DNA of 64,000 nt from a virus (IMGVR_UViG_3300044678_002717:9600-73599); one strand, 5' to 3'. Counted from the first letter of the stretch, positions 31,984 to 41,341 are shown. Translations and numbers: made by a program. The notes: a model not told the origin generated them from the letters alone.

Positions 31984-32667
31984 ATGAAAATTTTTGCAAT
32001 CTCAGATACTCATGGAAGGCATGAGCAAGTTCAAATACCTGAAGGTACTGATATGCTTATTCATGCAGGTGATTTTTCAAATACAAAACTTCCTGCAATG
32101 AACCATAATGAAGTTAATTTATTTTTAATTTGGTTAGAAAAACAACCTGTTAAATATAAAGTCATTATTGCAGGTAATCATGATACTTCTATTGAAAGTA
32201 GATTCATTACTAAAAAAGATTTTAAAAATAGAGGTATTATTTATCTTGAACATGAATCAATTGAGATTGAAGGAATTAAAATATTTGGCTCTCCATATAC
32301 TCCTGAATTTCATAATTGGGCATTTAACCGTACAAGGGCTAAACTTGGAAAAATTTGGGATTCAATACCTGATGATACTGACATCTTAATTACTCACGGA
32401 CCTCCTAAAAGTATTTTAGATTCTGTTGAAAGAGGTAGAAACAATCATGAACATGTAGGTTGTTCCGCTTTACTTAAAAAAGTATTAAAAGTAAAACCAA
32501 AATACATGATATTTGGTCATATTCATGACAATGGTGATAATTTAAACAATGGTATGTTTAAATTTAATGAATATAGAACAATCTTTGCGAATGTATCTTG
32601 CGTTAGAGATGGTAATAACTTACCATTTGTACACAATGGATATAGTTTTGATTATCCTCCTGCTTGA
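31984..32667 (+). CDS. Calcineurin-like metallophosphoesterase (MPPED-type)
   Basis: SDTH, HAGD, AGNHD, THGPP, FGHIH. Confidence 0.9.
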   Translation: MKIFAISDTHGRHEQVQIPEGTDMLIHAGDFSNTKLPAMNHNEVNLFLIWLEKQPVKYKVIIAGNHDTSIESRFITKKDFKNRGIIYLEHESIEIEGIKIFGSPYTPEFHNWAFNRTRAKLGKIWDSIPDDTDILITHGPPKSILDSVERGRNNHEHVGCSALLKKVLKVKPKYMIFGHIHDNGDNLNNGMFKFNEYRTIFANVSCVRDGNNLPFVHNGYSFDYPPA

Positions 32668-33668
32668 GTTTGAATATTTCTAAAACCTAAAGCGACATTT
32701 CTACCAGCAGTAGCAGTATTATTTTCTTCAACACTTGTTTTACTTGTTATAAAATTTATTATAGCAGTTAAATCATTTGCAGTTTTAATATTTTTTAGTT
32801 TAGTAATTAAAGGTGTATTTCCATTAGGTCCATTAATAATAGTTATAACACTTTGAGCAGCAGGAGAAACTTTTGGTTGTTGAGTTTGTTGTTGCCCTGT
32901 TTGAGGTTGTTGTCCTGTTTCAGACTCAAATCCACTAGTACCAACAGGTGTACTTCTAATTGGTTGTTCCATTAACATTTTACGAACCATTGCCCTTAAT
33001 TGAGATTCTGTAATTAAAACTTTTTTCATCTTTTTTTTATTGTAAATAGTTGCTTTATTAAAATGTTCACTAATATTTTTACTCATATTAAATTTTTTCA
33101 CTTTATTAAGTGAAGCTAATATTTCTTCTTTATATGGTAAAACTAAAACATTATATACAAAAGCAATACTACCAACTATTTTTAATAATAATGATATATA
33201 ATCCGCAATATCTGTAAAAGAACTTGAAATAGTATTAATCATTCCATCGGCAACTAATTTATTTAACCATTCTGTTAATTTTGGTGTATTAGAATATATA
33301 CTAAGTATAAAATTAAAAATACATGCAACTGCTGATAATTTTAAAAGATTTTTAATATTAGCACTATTATTTATTTTACTTATAAAATTATCAATAAATT
33401 TTCCAAAACCTATAGTTTGTAATGTTGCCTTAACAGTTTGTGAAATACGTTTAATATTCGCTATTAATAAATCTAAATATTTGGTTAATAAAAAATTATT
33501 CTCTGCTTTTAATAACATATTAAAAAAAGAAACCAATTCCTTAATATTAAATATTTTATCAAAAAAACTAATATTATCTTCCTCATTTAATTGATTTAAT
33601 TCCAATCTTGATAATAATACATTGCTACTTTCAATAAATAATTTTCTATGTTGTAACTCAGTTAACAT
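32652..33668 (-). CDS. Late protein with a nested in-frame gene starting at 33029 (MKKVLITESQL)
   Basis: ACTATTTACAATAAAAAAA precedes ATG 33668 and ATG 33029; the track's extension to 33824 overlaps tRNA-Leu. Confidence 0.65.
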   Translation of the reverse strand: MLTELQHRKLFIESSNVLLSRLELNQLNEEDNISFFDKIFNIKELVSFFNMLLKAENNFLLTKYLDLLIANIKRISQTVKATLQTIGFGKFIDNFISKINNSANIKNLLKLSAVACIFNFILSIYSNTPKLTEWLNKLVADGMINTISSSFTDIADYISLLLKIVGSIAFVYNVLVLPYKEEILASLNKVKKFNMSKNISEHFNKATIYNKKKMKKVLITESQLRAMVRKMLMEQPIRSTPVGTSGFESETGQQPQTGQQQTQQPKVSPAAQSVITIINGPNGNTPLITKLKNIKTANDLTAIINFITSKTSVEENNTATAGRNVALGFRNIQTQAGG

Positions 33669-33730
33669 TTTTTTATTGTAAATAGTAAATTTTAAAAAAA
33701 AGTCATATATTTGAATTGTCAAAACAATAT

Positions 33731-33814
33731 GTCGGGATGTTGGAATTGGTAGACAAGATGGACTTAAAATCCATTGGCAGCAATGCCGTGAGGGTTCGAT
33801 TCCCTCTCCTGATA
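33731..33814 (+). tRNA. trnL: tRNA-Leu(TAA)
   Basis: Acceptor GTCGGGA/TCCTGAT, ATGGA-CTTAAAA-TCCAT, long variable arm, GAGGG-TTCGATT-CCCTC; TATATTTG upstream; no encoded CCA. Confidence 0.93.
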
Positions 33815-33847
33815 CATAACTCATTGATTATCAATGATTTAAGATAT

Positions 33848-33945
33848 GGCCTTGTAAGTAAATGGATATACTGATTGCCTTCTCATTCCATTCTGAGGAA
33901 TGGAGAGAGAAGCAATTCTTCTAGGTTCGATTCCTAGCGAGGCTA
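33848..33945 (+). tRNA. trnR: tRNA-Arg(TCT) with a 26-nt insertion in the anticodon loop
   Basis: GGCCTTG/CGAGGCT, D arm AGTA-AATGGATA-TACT (A20), ATTGC/GCAAT, CTAGG-TTCGATT-CCTAG; loop is 33 nt. Confidence 0.8.
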
Positions 33946-33967
33946 CTATTTAAGATAAATATATAAT

Positions 33968-34465
33968 ATGAATTTATCAAAGAATCTTACACTTTTTGAA
34001 ATGACAAGAAGTGAAACAGCAAAAAGAAAAGGAGTTAGCAATGAACCAACTCCACAACACATTGAAAATATGAAAGTGTTGGCTGAAAAAATATTTGAAC
34101 CAATTAGAAGACATTTTAATTCACCAATCTATATATCATCAGGATATAGAAGTGCTGCTTTAAATAAAATAATTCCCGGTGCATCCAAAACTTCTCAACA
34201 TTCTAAAGGAGAAGCGATGGACATTGATATGGATAATAGTGGTTCTAAAGTTACCAACAAAGAAATTTTTAATTGGATTAAAGATAATTTAGACTTTGAC
34301 CAATTAATAGCTGAATTTAAACAAGGAAATGATTTAGGTTGGGTACATGTATCATATAATACAAATGGTACTCAAAGAGGACAAATACTAATTGCTTCTA
34401 AAGGAACATTTGGAACAAAGTATTCGCCATACACAAAAGAATTATTTCAAAAAATTTATGGATAA
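33968..34465 (+). CDS. Peptidase M15A (cell-wall peptidase, endolysin candidate)
   Basis: SSGYRS..LN, SQHSKGEAMD, WVHVSY; late motif at 33945. Confidence 0.88.
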   Translation: MNLSKNLTLFEMTRSETAKRKGVSNEPTPQHIENMKVLAEKIFEPIRRHFNSPIYISSGYRSAALNKIIPGASKTSQHSKGEAMDIDMDNSGSKVTNKEIFNWIKDNLDFDQLIAEFKQGNDLGWVHVSYNTNGTQRGQILIASKGTFGTKYSPYTKELFQKIYG

Positions 34466-35096
34466 TATATGTTTCCTATATTGCTTGTTTGATAAAAAAG
34501 ATTGTAGAATAAGATATATTGGTGTATCCGTGCAACCTGAACAAAGATTTAAAAATCATCAATATGAAAGTAAAAATCCTTCTACAAGTAATTTGGGAAA
34601 ATCTAAATGGTTAAAAACTGTAAAAGAACTTTCTTACAAAATTTTATTTTCAGGAACTGAAAAAGAATGTTATCAGAAAGAAATTGAATTAATTTTTAAA
34701 TATAAAAAGAAAAAAAATCTTGTAAATAGTACGGTTGGAGGTGATAAACCACCTAAATTAAATGAATTAGACCCAATACATTATAATAAGACAATTTCTA
34801 AAATTTCAGAAAAAGCAAAAAATAGAAAAGTTTCTGATATAACTAAACAAAAAATGTCTGAGACTCATAAAAAAATTCCTCCTATTTGGTTAGAATCAAA
34901 AGGTTGTAAAAACGGAAGAGCCTATTCTGTAAATCAATATGATTTAAATGGTAATTTTGTCAAAAAATGGGATTGTGCTAAAGATGCAATCAATGAATTA
35001 AAATTAAATAAAACCGCAATTACTGATTGTTTAAAAGGAAGACAAAAAACAGCAGGAGGTTTTATATGGAAAAAATATACCCCTTACAAAGCTTAA
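34458..35096 (+). CDS. GIY-YIG homing endonuclease with NUMOD3/NUMOD1-type DNA-binding repeats
   Basis: FLY..IRYIG..RFKNH..E..N; TKQKMSETH; VNQYDLNG...TAGGFIW; start corrected. Confidence 0.85.
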   Translation: MDNICFLYCLFDKKDCRIRYIGVSVQPEQRFKNHQYESKNPSTSNLGKSKWLKTVKELSYKILFSGTEKECYQKEIELIFKYKKKKNLVNSTVGGDKPPKLNELDPIHYNKTISKISEKAKNRKVSDITKQKMSETHKKIPPIWLESKGCKNGRAYSVNQYDLNGNFVKKWDCAKDAINELKLNKTAITDCLKGRQKTAGGFIWKKYTPYKA

Positions 35097-35554
35097 TTTT
35101 TCTTTTTCTTTTTATCTGTTATTGGACCACCAACAACCCATGCATCACAGGTTCTTTTTGCAGCACATTTAAATTTTAAAAATCTGCAATAACCTAATTG
35201 ACCTGCATCAATTACATCATGTGGGTCTTCAGAATCTTCATCATCACCAATACCTTTAGCAATACAATCTAAAGTTTTTTTGGTAATATCAAATGCTGCA
35301 CAATTACCACAAATAGATTCCTTTGCTTCATTGATTGAATCAAGTTTCCACATCTCTGCTTTTTCTTTCCAAAACTTTGTATTTGGTCGATTAGGATTTA
35401 ATGGTCCATATCCTTTACTTTCAATAGCTTCTTGTCTATTTTCAAGATTTAAATCAATATCTTGTGTTGCAGGTGGACATTTAGAACTTTCTTCATTCAT
35501 TTGAACAAAATTTTTAATATCTTTGTATTGATTTTCGCTAATAAAAATTTTCAT
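35093..35554 (-). CDS. Cys-rich late protein with ISENQ-type leader
   Basis: CPPATQD, CGNCAAF, GYC..LKFKCAAKRTCDAW; late motif at 35561. Confidence 0.8.
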   Translation of the reverse strand: MKIFISENQYKDIKNFVQMNEESSKCPPATQDIDLNLENRQEAIESKGYGPLNPNRPNTKFWKEKAEMWKLDSINEAKESICGNCAAFDITKKTLDCIAKGIGDDEDSEDPHDVIDAGQLGYCRFLKFKCAAKRTCDAWVVGGPITDKKKKKN

Positions 35555-35595
35555 TTTTTATTTAAATAGTAAAAAAAACGTATTATATTTGAGAT

Positions 35596-35886
35596 ATGAA
35601 AATCGTTAACTCTGAAGAATTTAAAAATGCAATTAACGAAGATTGTATTATTGCATTTTCAACATCTTGGTGCGGTCCTTGCAAAATGTTAGCACCAACA
35701 CTTGAAACAATTACTGAAGTTCCTGTATATAAAGTTGATGCCGATTCTGAAGCACAATTATGTATTGAATATGGTATTAGGTCAGTTCCAACAATTATTT
35801 CCTTTAAAGAAGGAAAAGAATATAAAAGATTGGTAGGCAATCAAACCAAAACTAAAATTTTAGAAATGTTAGACTATGGATTGTAA
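35596..35886 (+). CDS. trxA: Thioredoxin
   Basis: WCGPC, IRSVPT. Confidence 0.95.
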   Translation: MKIVNSEEFKNAINEDCIIAFSTSWCGPCKMLAPTLETITEVPVYKVDADSEAQLCIEYGIRSVPTIISFKEGKEYKRLVGNQTKTKILEMLDYGL

Positions 35887-35996
35887 AATAATTAATTTAG
35901 TAAAAGAAAAAGGAGAAGTCATTGGTGTTGTTATCCAAGTTGATAATGGGGATACACAATACTTAACAATAGAAGAACATAATATATATAATAAAA

Positions 35997-36560
35997 ATGG
36001 CAAATAATTGTTACAACATTATTACCGTTGAAGGTAATATAGAAACACTTAATAAAATTAAGGATATAATTACACCTTTAGTTCAAAGTGGTTTGAATTA
36101 TGAAAACTATAAGGAAGTTTTTAATGGTGAACAAATCTTTATTGATTCTTATGAAGATTATGATTTTAAAGATGAACATCCAAAATGGTTTACTCCTGAA
36201 GAACCTTTTATTATTGATGAACAATTAATTATTCAAGGTGATTCAGCTTGGAGTCCTGTTACTGAATTTACAGGTATGATTAGTCATGTTTATAAAGTTA
36301 ATACAAGAATTGTTTATGATGAACAAGGTATGAACTTTGCAGGTGAACAAGAATATAATGAAGATGGTGTTTGCACTCTTGATGAAGAATATACTTATTG
36401 GGAATGGCAATTTAAAGAAGGTAACTTCTATGATGAATTTGAATATAGCGCAGAATATATGGATGACCTTGATGAATTCTTAGAAGAAAATAATCTTACC
36501 AATAAAGTTGATATGGATAAAGTTACGGAAATTTGGAATCAATATCATAGCGAAGAGTAA
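35997..36560 (+). CDS. Api92/YubB ferredoxin-like (DUF1281-related) protein
   Basis: MANNCYN start; DSAWSP; YDEQGMNFAG. Confidence 0.7.
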   Translation: MANNCYNIITVEGNIETLNKIKDIITPLVQSGLNYENYKEVFNGEQIFIDSYEDYDFKDEHPKWFTPEEPFIIDEQLIIQGDSAWSPVTEFTGMISHVYKVNTRIVYDEQGMNFAGEQEYNEDGVCTLDEEYTYWEWQFKEGNFYDEFEYSAEYMDDLDEFLEENNLTNKVDMDKVTEIWNQYHSEE

Positions 36561-36728
36561 GAAGAAAATGAAGAATAATTTTTTCTTTGAATATAATTGG
36601 AATATTTATAAGGGTGAATACAAAACCCTAAGAAAAGATAATGTTCTATTGATAATTTCCATAGTAAATTTTATAATAACTTTAATAAATTTATATCTAC
36701 ATCTAACTAATTAAATAGAAATAAAAAT

Positions 36729-37547
36729 ATGAAAGAAGCATACCAATATCATCAGACAGTAAACAAACTAAGAACATTTTTCCAAAAGAAAAACTTCATT
36801 GAAGTACCAACACAATCTTGCTTATCAATCTTAGCAGCTTGTGAAAACCCTCACTCAATAACACAATTTGAATATGTCAATCAAATTTGGCCTCTTCCAC
36901 AGACAGGGCAAATGATTTTGGAGGAAAGATTATTAACTAACCCAACTTGGGAAGGTTGTTTTTGTGTGTCAACATCTTATAGACAAGAAAAAAATCCAAT
37001 CAAAGGTAGACATGAACTTATCTTCCCAATGTTTGAATTTGAATCTAAAGGTACAATGAAAGATATGCTTCAATTAGAAGCTGAACTTTTAGAACATCTT
37101 GGATTTGATAAACCAATCGAAGTAAATTATGATGATGTTTGTCAAGAATATGGTGGTGTTGAAATTCTTGAAAACGAACATGAAACAAGAATGTGGGAAG
37201 AAAAAGGTCCTGTGGTATCTTTACAAAACTTTCCATTAAGAACTAATCCATTTTGGAATATGCAACATAATGATAACGGAATCTTTAATAAAGTTGATGT
37301 TATCCTTTATGGTCAAGAAACAATCGGTTCTGCTGAAAGAAGTTCTGATGTAGAAAAAATGAGAGAAATGTTTTATACCATTGAAAATGGAGCATACTCA
37401 CAAAAATTATTTGAACTCTTTGGAAAAGAAAGGGTAGAAAAAGAATTGGAAGATTTCTTCTCTCATGATTTCTTTGAAAGATTTGGTGGAGGAATAGGTA
37501 TGACTAGAATGGCTAGAGCATTAAAACTAAATGGTTCTATCATTTAA
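36729..37547 (+). CDS. Class II aminoacyl-tRNA synthetase catalytic-domain paralog (Asn/Asp/Lys type; asparagine-synthetase-like)
   Basis: FIEVPT, LPQTGQ, SYRQE..RH..FPMFEFE, ETIGSAER, GGGIGMTR; no anticodon-binding domain. Confidence 0.8.
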   Translation: MKEAYQYHQTVNKLRTFFQKKNFIEVPTQSCLSILAACENPHSITQFEYVNQIWPLPQTGQMILEERLLTNPTWEGCFCVSTSYRQEKNPIKGRHELIFPMFEFESKGTMKDMLQLEAELLEHLGFDKPIEVNYDDVCQEYGGVEILENEHETRMWEEKGPVVSLQNFPLRTNPFWNMQHNDNGIFNKVDVILYGQETIGSAERSSDVEKMREMFYTIENGAYSQKLFELFGKERVEKELEDFFSHDFFERFGGGIGMTRMARALKLNGSII

Positions 37548-37557
37548 AAAATAAAAA

Positions 37558-37755
37558 ATGATTTATTATATTATATTATTGCTATTAGCATTAATTGTAA
37601 CTGCTATAGGTATATTGGTTATTAAAGTTGCCATTGAAATGTATGAACAACTTTATTGGCATAAACCTAAACCTTCATTTAAACAAGAAGCTAAAAAAAG
37701 ATACCAAAAAAAATATGCAACTAAAAGAATTAGAAAATCTACTAGAAAAGTATAA
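37558..37755 (+). CDS. Small membrane protein
   Basis: N-terminal TM helix, basic tail. Confidence 0.6.
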   Translation: MIYYIILLLLALIVTAIGILVIKVAIEMYEQLYWHKPKPSFKQEAKKRYQKKYATKRIRKSTRKV

Positions 37756-38020
37756 AGCATTTTCAGATAAATTATCAGAACTCTATGACCTAGGTTTTGA
37801 TTTCTATGAAGGTAAATTTGAACTAATGTCAGATGTGGAAAAATTATTTGATATTACAATAGAATCTCACTATAAAAAAGAAGGTGTGGATTGGATTAAT
37901 TGGTTTATCTATGAAAATGATTATGGAAAAAATAAACTAGAAGCTAAAGATGGAGATGAACTAATTTGCTATGATGTAAAATCATTGCATGAGTACATAG
38001 AGAAGTATCATAAGAAGTAA
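37715..38020 (+). CDS. Hypothetical protein (MQLKELE...)
   Basis: ATG after an A-rich leader; DWINWFIYENDYG. Confidence 0.65.
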   Translation: MQLKELENLLEKYKAFSDKLSELYDLGFDFYEGKFELMSDVEKLFDITIESHYKKEGVDWINWFIYENDYGKNKLEAKDGDELICYDVKSLHEYIEKYHKK

Positions 38021-38044
38021 CTAATTATATAAAATTATTATATA

Positions 38045-38845
38045 ATGAAAAAGTTAAGAATCACAGAATCTCAATTAAAAACAATTGTAAAGGGCATTAT
38101 AAAGGAAGAAAGAAAAAAACAAATAATTAAAGAAGGAATTCTTTCAGGAGGGTTAGATAAAATAAAAAATGCAATATTGGATTCACCATTGTTTGATAAA
38201 CTAATCAATACAATTGTGGCTAACATGACTCCTAAAAACATTCAAATGTTTAAGATGATATTTAATCTACAGGAGAGTGTAGGTGGTCCATCTCTTGAAT
38301 CGATTATGACAATGGTTCATAAAAAGAATCCTGATAAGAATCTTACAGCAGCTATGAATGAAGAGCAAGCTGCAATAGATAAAGAATCACTTGAAGGCAA
38401 AGTTGTAAATTTAGTAAGAAATGTAACAGGTTTAAATCTATTAGCATTAGGAGGTTTACCATTAGGATTATTAATCAATTCAATTATTAATCTTGGCCCA
38501 TATGCATTTGGTAGTTTTTTAGGACCATTGATTAGCTTGATAGCATCATTGATTATTCATGGTATATCTAGAAAATTAATTGGTGTTAGTAGTGATGAAG
38601 GAATTATTGGCGAAGAATCTCAAATTATGGAAATGAGTAGAGATGATGTCAACTTAAAAGCAATACTTGCAAAATATGATAGTTCTAGTGAAACAACACA
38701 AAAGGCAATAGCTAATATGATACTTGGTAGTTTTGATAGATTAAACTTTAATCCAAAAATGGCTAGAGTTAAAATCTATAAAGAGTTAAGAGATATGGAT
38801 TATCAGGAAATATCAGGTATAAGAAAAAGATTAAATATTAGATAG
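38045..38845 (+). CDS. MKKLRITESQL-leader protein with a hydrophobic hairpin
   Basis: Leader; two Gly-rich TM-like helices; late motif variant ACTAATTA. Confidence 0.8.
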   Translation: MKKLRITESQLKTIVKGIIKEERKKQIIKEGILSGGLDKIKNAILDSPLFDKLINTIVANMTPKNIQMFKMIFNLQESVGGPSLESIMTMVHKKNPDKNLTAAMNEEQAAIDKESLEGKVVNLVRNVTGLNLLALGGLPLGLLINSIINLGPYAFGSFLGPLISLIASLIIHGISRKLIGVSSDEGIIGEESQIMEMSRDDVNLKAILAKYDSSSETTQKAIANMILGSFDRLNFNPKMARVKIYKELRDMDYQEISGIRKRLNIR

Positions 38846-39257
38846 TCTTTAATTGAAAGTGCATTCCATCCTTTCTTTTCCATAAACCGCCCCAATCAAA
38901 TCCTGCATCTGTAAAACATTTTACAAAACCATTGCTAAACTTTGGTGTTTGATTTAATCCATTTTCAAAAGCATTAAAATCAATAGCAACTCCCCATGAG
39001 TGTAAAGACATTGAATTTAATCCTCTCTTTTTTCTTATATTAAAACATCCATCAAAAGTTTTTAACTCTGATACATATCCTGTATCAATTAAATTTTTAA
39101 AAGCATTTGATAAAGGATTAATCATATCCTTATTGCAATATATCTTTTTTGGAATCAAACCTATTTCTAAATTGCTTGGAACATCCCATAATACCATACA
39201 AGAATTTGTCTTTGATGGCTGACCATACTTTTTTAAACATTGCTGACTTGTTAACAT
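38838..39257 (-). CDS. Peptidase M15 (M15C/M15_4-like) endolysin candidate
   Basis: GCFNIR, SLHSWGVAIDFN, FDWGG, DGMHFQ; late motif at 39273. Confidence 0.88.
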   Translation of the reverse strand: MLTSQQCLKKYGQPSKTNSCMVLWDVPSNLEIGLIPKKIYCNKDMINPLSNAFKNLIDTGYVSELKTFDGCFNIRKKRGLNSMSLHSWGVAIDFNAFENGLNQTPKFSNGFVKCFTDAGFDWGGLWKRKDGMHFQLKTI

Positions 39258-39367
39258 AGATATATATTTTATATAAATAGTTTTATTTTACATTTTGTAA
39301 AGATACTATTTTACAAAAAAATAAAATTTTGTAAAAAATTTACACTATTTACATAAAAGAATAGTAT

Positions 39368-40153
39368 ATGAAAATTTGTAAGAAATGTTTAAACCCAAAA
39401 GATGAATCAGAGTTTGGTGTTGATAAATCCAAAAAAGATGGTTTATCAATCTATTGTAAGGATTGTCAAAAATTAATTAGAGAAAAATATAAAGGTAAAT
39501 ATGACCATAATGAATATTATGAAAAATATAAAGATAAACGAAAAGAATATTACCAAGAAAACAAAGAAAGGATAAAAGAATATTATCAAGATAATATAGA
39601 AAAGAAAAAAGAATATGGAAAACAATATAGAGAAGAAAATAAAGAAAAAAGAAAAGAAAAATATAAAGGTAAATATAAATACCCTTATAAACCTAGAAAA
39701 TTAACAGAAGAACAAAAATTAAATAAAAAATTATACGATAAGGAATATAAACAAATTCACAAAGAAAGATATAATCAATATAGAAAAACATATAAAAAAC
39801 TAAAAAAAGAAAATGACCCTGTTTATAAACTAAAGGAAGCGTGTAGAAAATCAATCTATATGTCCATTAAAAGAAAAGGTTTTTCAAAAGAAACAAAAAC
39901 CTATGAAATATTAGGTTGTAGTTATGAAGAATTTAAAACTCACATTGAATCGCAATTTGAAACTTGGATGAGTTGGGATAATTATGGTTTATGTAACAAT
40001 GAATTTAATTATGGATGGGATATAGACCACATTGTTCCTTGTGCTTCTGCTACAACAGAAGAAGAACTTTTAAAACTTAATCATTATACTAATCTTAGAC
40101 CACTATGTTCTCACATTAATAGAAATATTAAAAGAGATAGATTGGATTTTTAA
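39368..40153 (+). CDS. HNH-type homing endonuclease with N-terminal Zn finger
   Basis: CKKC..CKDC, KEYY helical repeats, WDIDHIVP..NHYTNLRPLC. Confidence 0.8.
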   Translation: MKICKKCLNPKDESEFGVDKSKKDGLSIYCKDCQKLIREKYKGKYDHNEYYEKYKDKRKEYYQENKERIKEYYQDNIEKKKEYGKQYREENKEKRKEKYKGKYKYPYKPRKLTEEQKLNKKLYDKEYKQIHKERYNQYRKTYKKLKKENDPVYKLKEACRKSIYMSIKRKGFSKETKTYEILGCSYEEFKTHIESQFETWMSWDNYGLCNNEFNYGWDIDHIVPCASATTEEELLKLNHYTNLRPLCSHINRNIKRDRLDF

Positions 40154-40277
40154 AACGAAAAATTTATAAAAAAAATTTTTAAGGTGGCATTGTTTTTCTA
40201 AATAAAAAAGTTACACAAGAATTTTTTACAAAATTTTTTTTAAATTGGAAACTAAAAATTGTAGCCGATACATCTTT

Positions 40278-40354
40278 GTAGCCCCCACACCTATAGGGGG
40301 GTCGGGAGGGGGGTGGCTATAGGGGGATACAGGGGGAGGGGGTATACCCCCCCT
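40278..40354. other. G/C homopolymer island (six G tracts on +), downstream of a minus-strand promoter
   Basis: G6,G3,G6,G5,G5,G5 then TATA-C7; -7 box at 40355-40362. Confidence 0.85.
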
Positions 40355-40433
40355 CAAAGATAAGTAATAGTTTTGAGACTACCAAATTTATTTTAAAATA
40401 AACTTACATAAATCTTACATACAAAAAAAGCAA

Positions 40434-40847
40434 TCATTGCTGATTGCTTTTAATAAGACCATGTCTTTGCAATACCTTTTCATTCCATTTCCAATTGGTT
40501 TTTGATTTGGTATTCTTATTGAAAGAACTATTCCCAAAGTTTACGAATACCTGATTGGTATCGGTATTGTATTCCATTGCTGTATTTTTGTACAGATTAG
40601 CATCCCATTGCCAAATCGAGAAAAAGGAATTAGAAAAATCAATTGCTTTGATTTCCAAAACACCATTTTCAGAAATCCTTGTTTCGGTTACTTGAAACAC
40701 TTTGTAAATGTCTTTTGACTTTTTAGCATTTGGATTAACCTTGGTAATGCAAGACCAACCATATGGCTTGCCATTGAAGAAATGTGGCTTAGTAAGTTCT
40801 TCGCCACACATGGTACAAAAACAAAAGGAAGAAGCGGAGGTCTGCAT
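40434..40847 (-). CDS. Early protein with CxxC zinc-finger-like N-terminus
   Basis: Start corrected (MQTSASS); CTMCG...YGWSC. Confidence 0.7.
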   Translation of the reverse strand: MQTSASSFCFCTMCGEELTKPHFFNGKPYGWSCITKVNPNAKKSKDIYKVFQVTETRISENGVLEIKAIDFSNSFFSIWQWDANLYKNTAMEYNTDTNQVFVNFGNSSFNKNTKSKTNWKWNEKVLQRHGLIKSNQQ

Positions 40848-41056
40848 AGTGCGAGGGGGTAAAAGTGCTGTCACCGTGACAACAATACAAAGGTAGTAAA
40901 ATAAATTGAATTTGCAAGTGGTAAAGCAAAATTTATTTAAATTATTTTTTCCTTTCATAATCGCTATATAACGAATGCAAACCTTAAATGGTATCAAAGT
41001 ATCAGTTTAATATTTGCTTTGATTATACGCAATGTTTTATAAGTGAAAGAATACAA

Positions 41057-41084
41057 AAAAAGGCAACCATTTCTGATTGCCTTT
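41057..41084 (-). terminator. Cassette terminator family (related copies near 41851, 42886, 49413)
   Basis: AAGGYARCC-atttc-TGAYTRCCTT hairpin with a T-run on the minus strand. Confidence 0.75.
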
Positions 41085-41107
41085 CCTGTTTTGCTTTGCC
41101 AGCAACC

Positions 41108-41341
41108 TTACTTACACATTGCTTTCAGTTCAGCTTTGATTGCTTTGGCTTTTTCGCCTTTCCAAGTTGAAGCATTGCATAAGAAATACAACACAACACT
41201 TTTACCACTATCAAAGTAATAGTCATCGGTAATGTAGGTTAATTGCGCCATAGCGTCTAAGTAAGGCTTTGCAGCAAAGTTTACCTTTGCCCAATCTTTG
41301 CGGATTTCAGAAGCGATTTGATAAAGAGGTCTGTGTGTCAT
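41108..41341 (-). CDS. Early hypothetical protein
   Basis: Own promoter and terminator; AKPYLDAM..YFLCNASTWKG. Confidence 0.8.
   Translation of the reverse strand: MTHRPLYQIASEIRKDWAKVNFAAKPYLDAMAQLTYITDDYYFDSGKSVVLYFLCNASTWKGEKAKAIKAELKAMCK

Noticed and set aside
33669-33824. N-terminal extension of ORF 32652..33824
   Set aside because: It is the antisense of tRNA-Leu; the late motif points to ATG 33668
33848-33945. Reading the interrupted tRNA as Leu(GAG) with a 33/34 intron
   Set aside because: The 4-nt variable loop and A20 fit Arg, not a long-arm Leu tRNA
40291-40326. T7-like promoter (CTATAGGG twice)
   Set aside because: Upstream TAATACGACTCA recognition part is absent and no single-subunit RNAP is in the window
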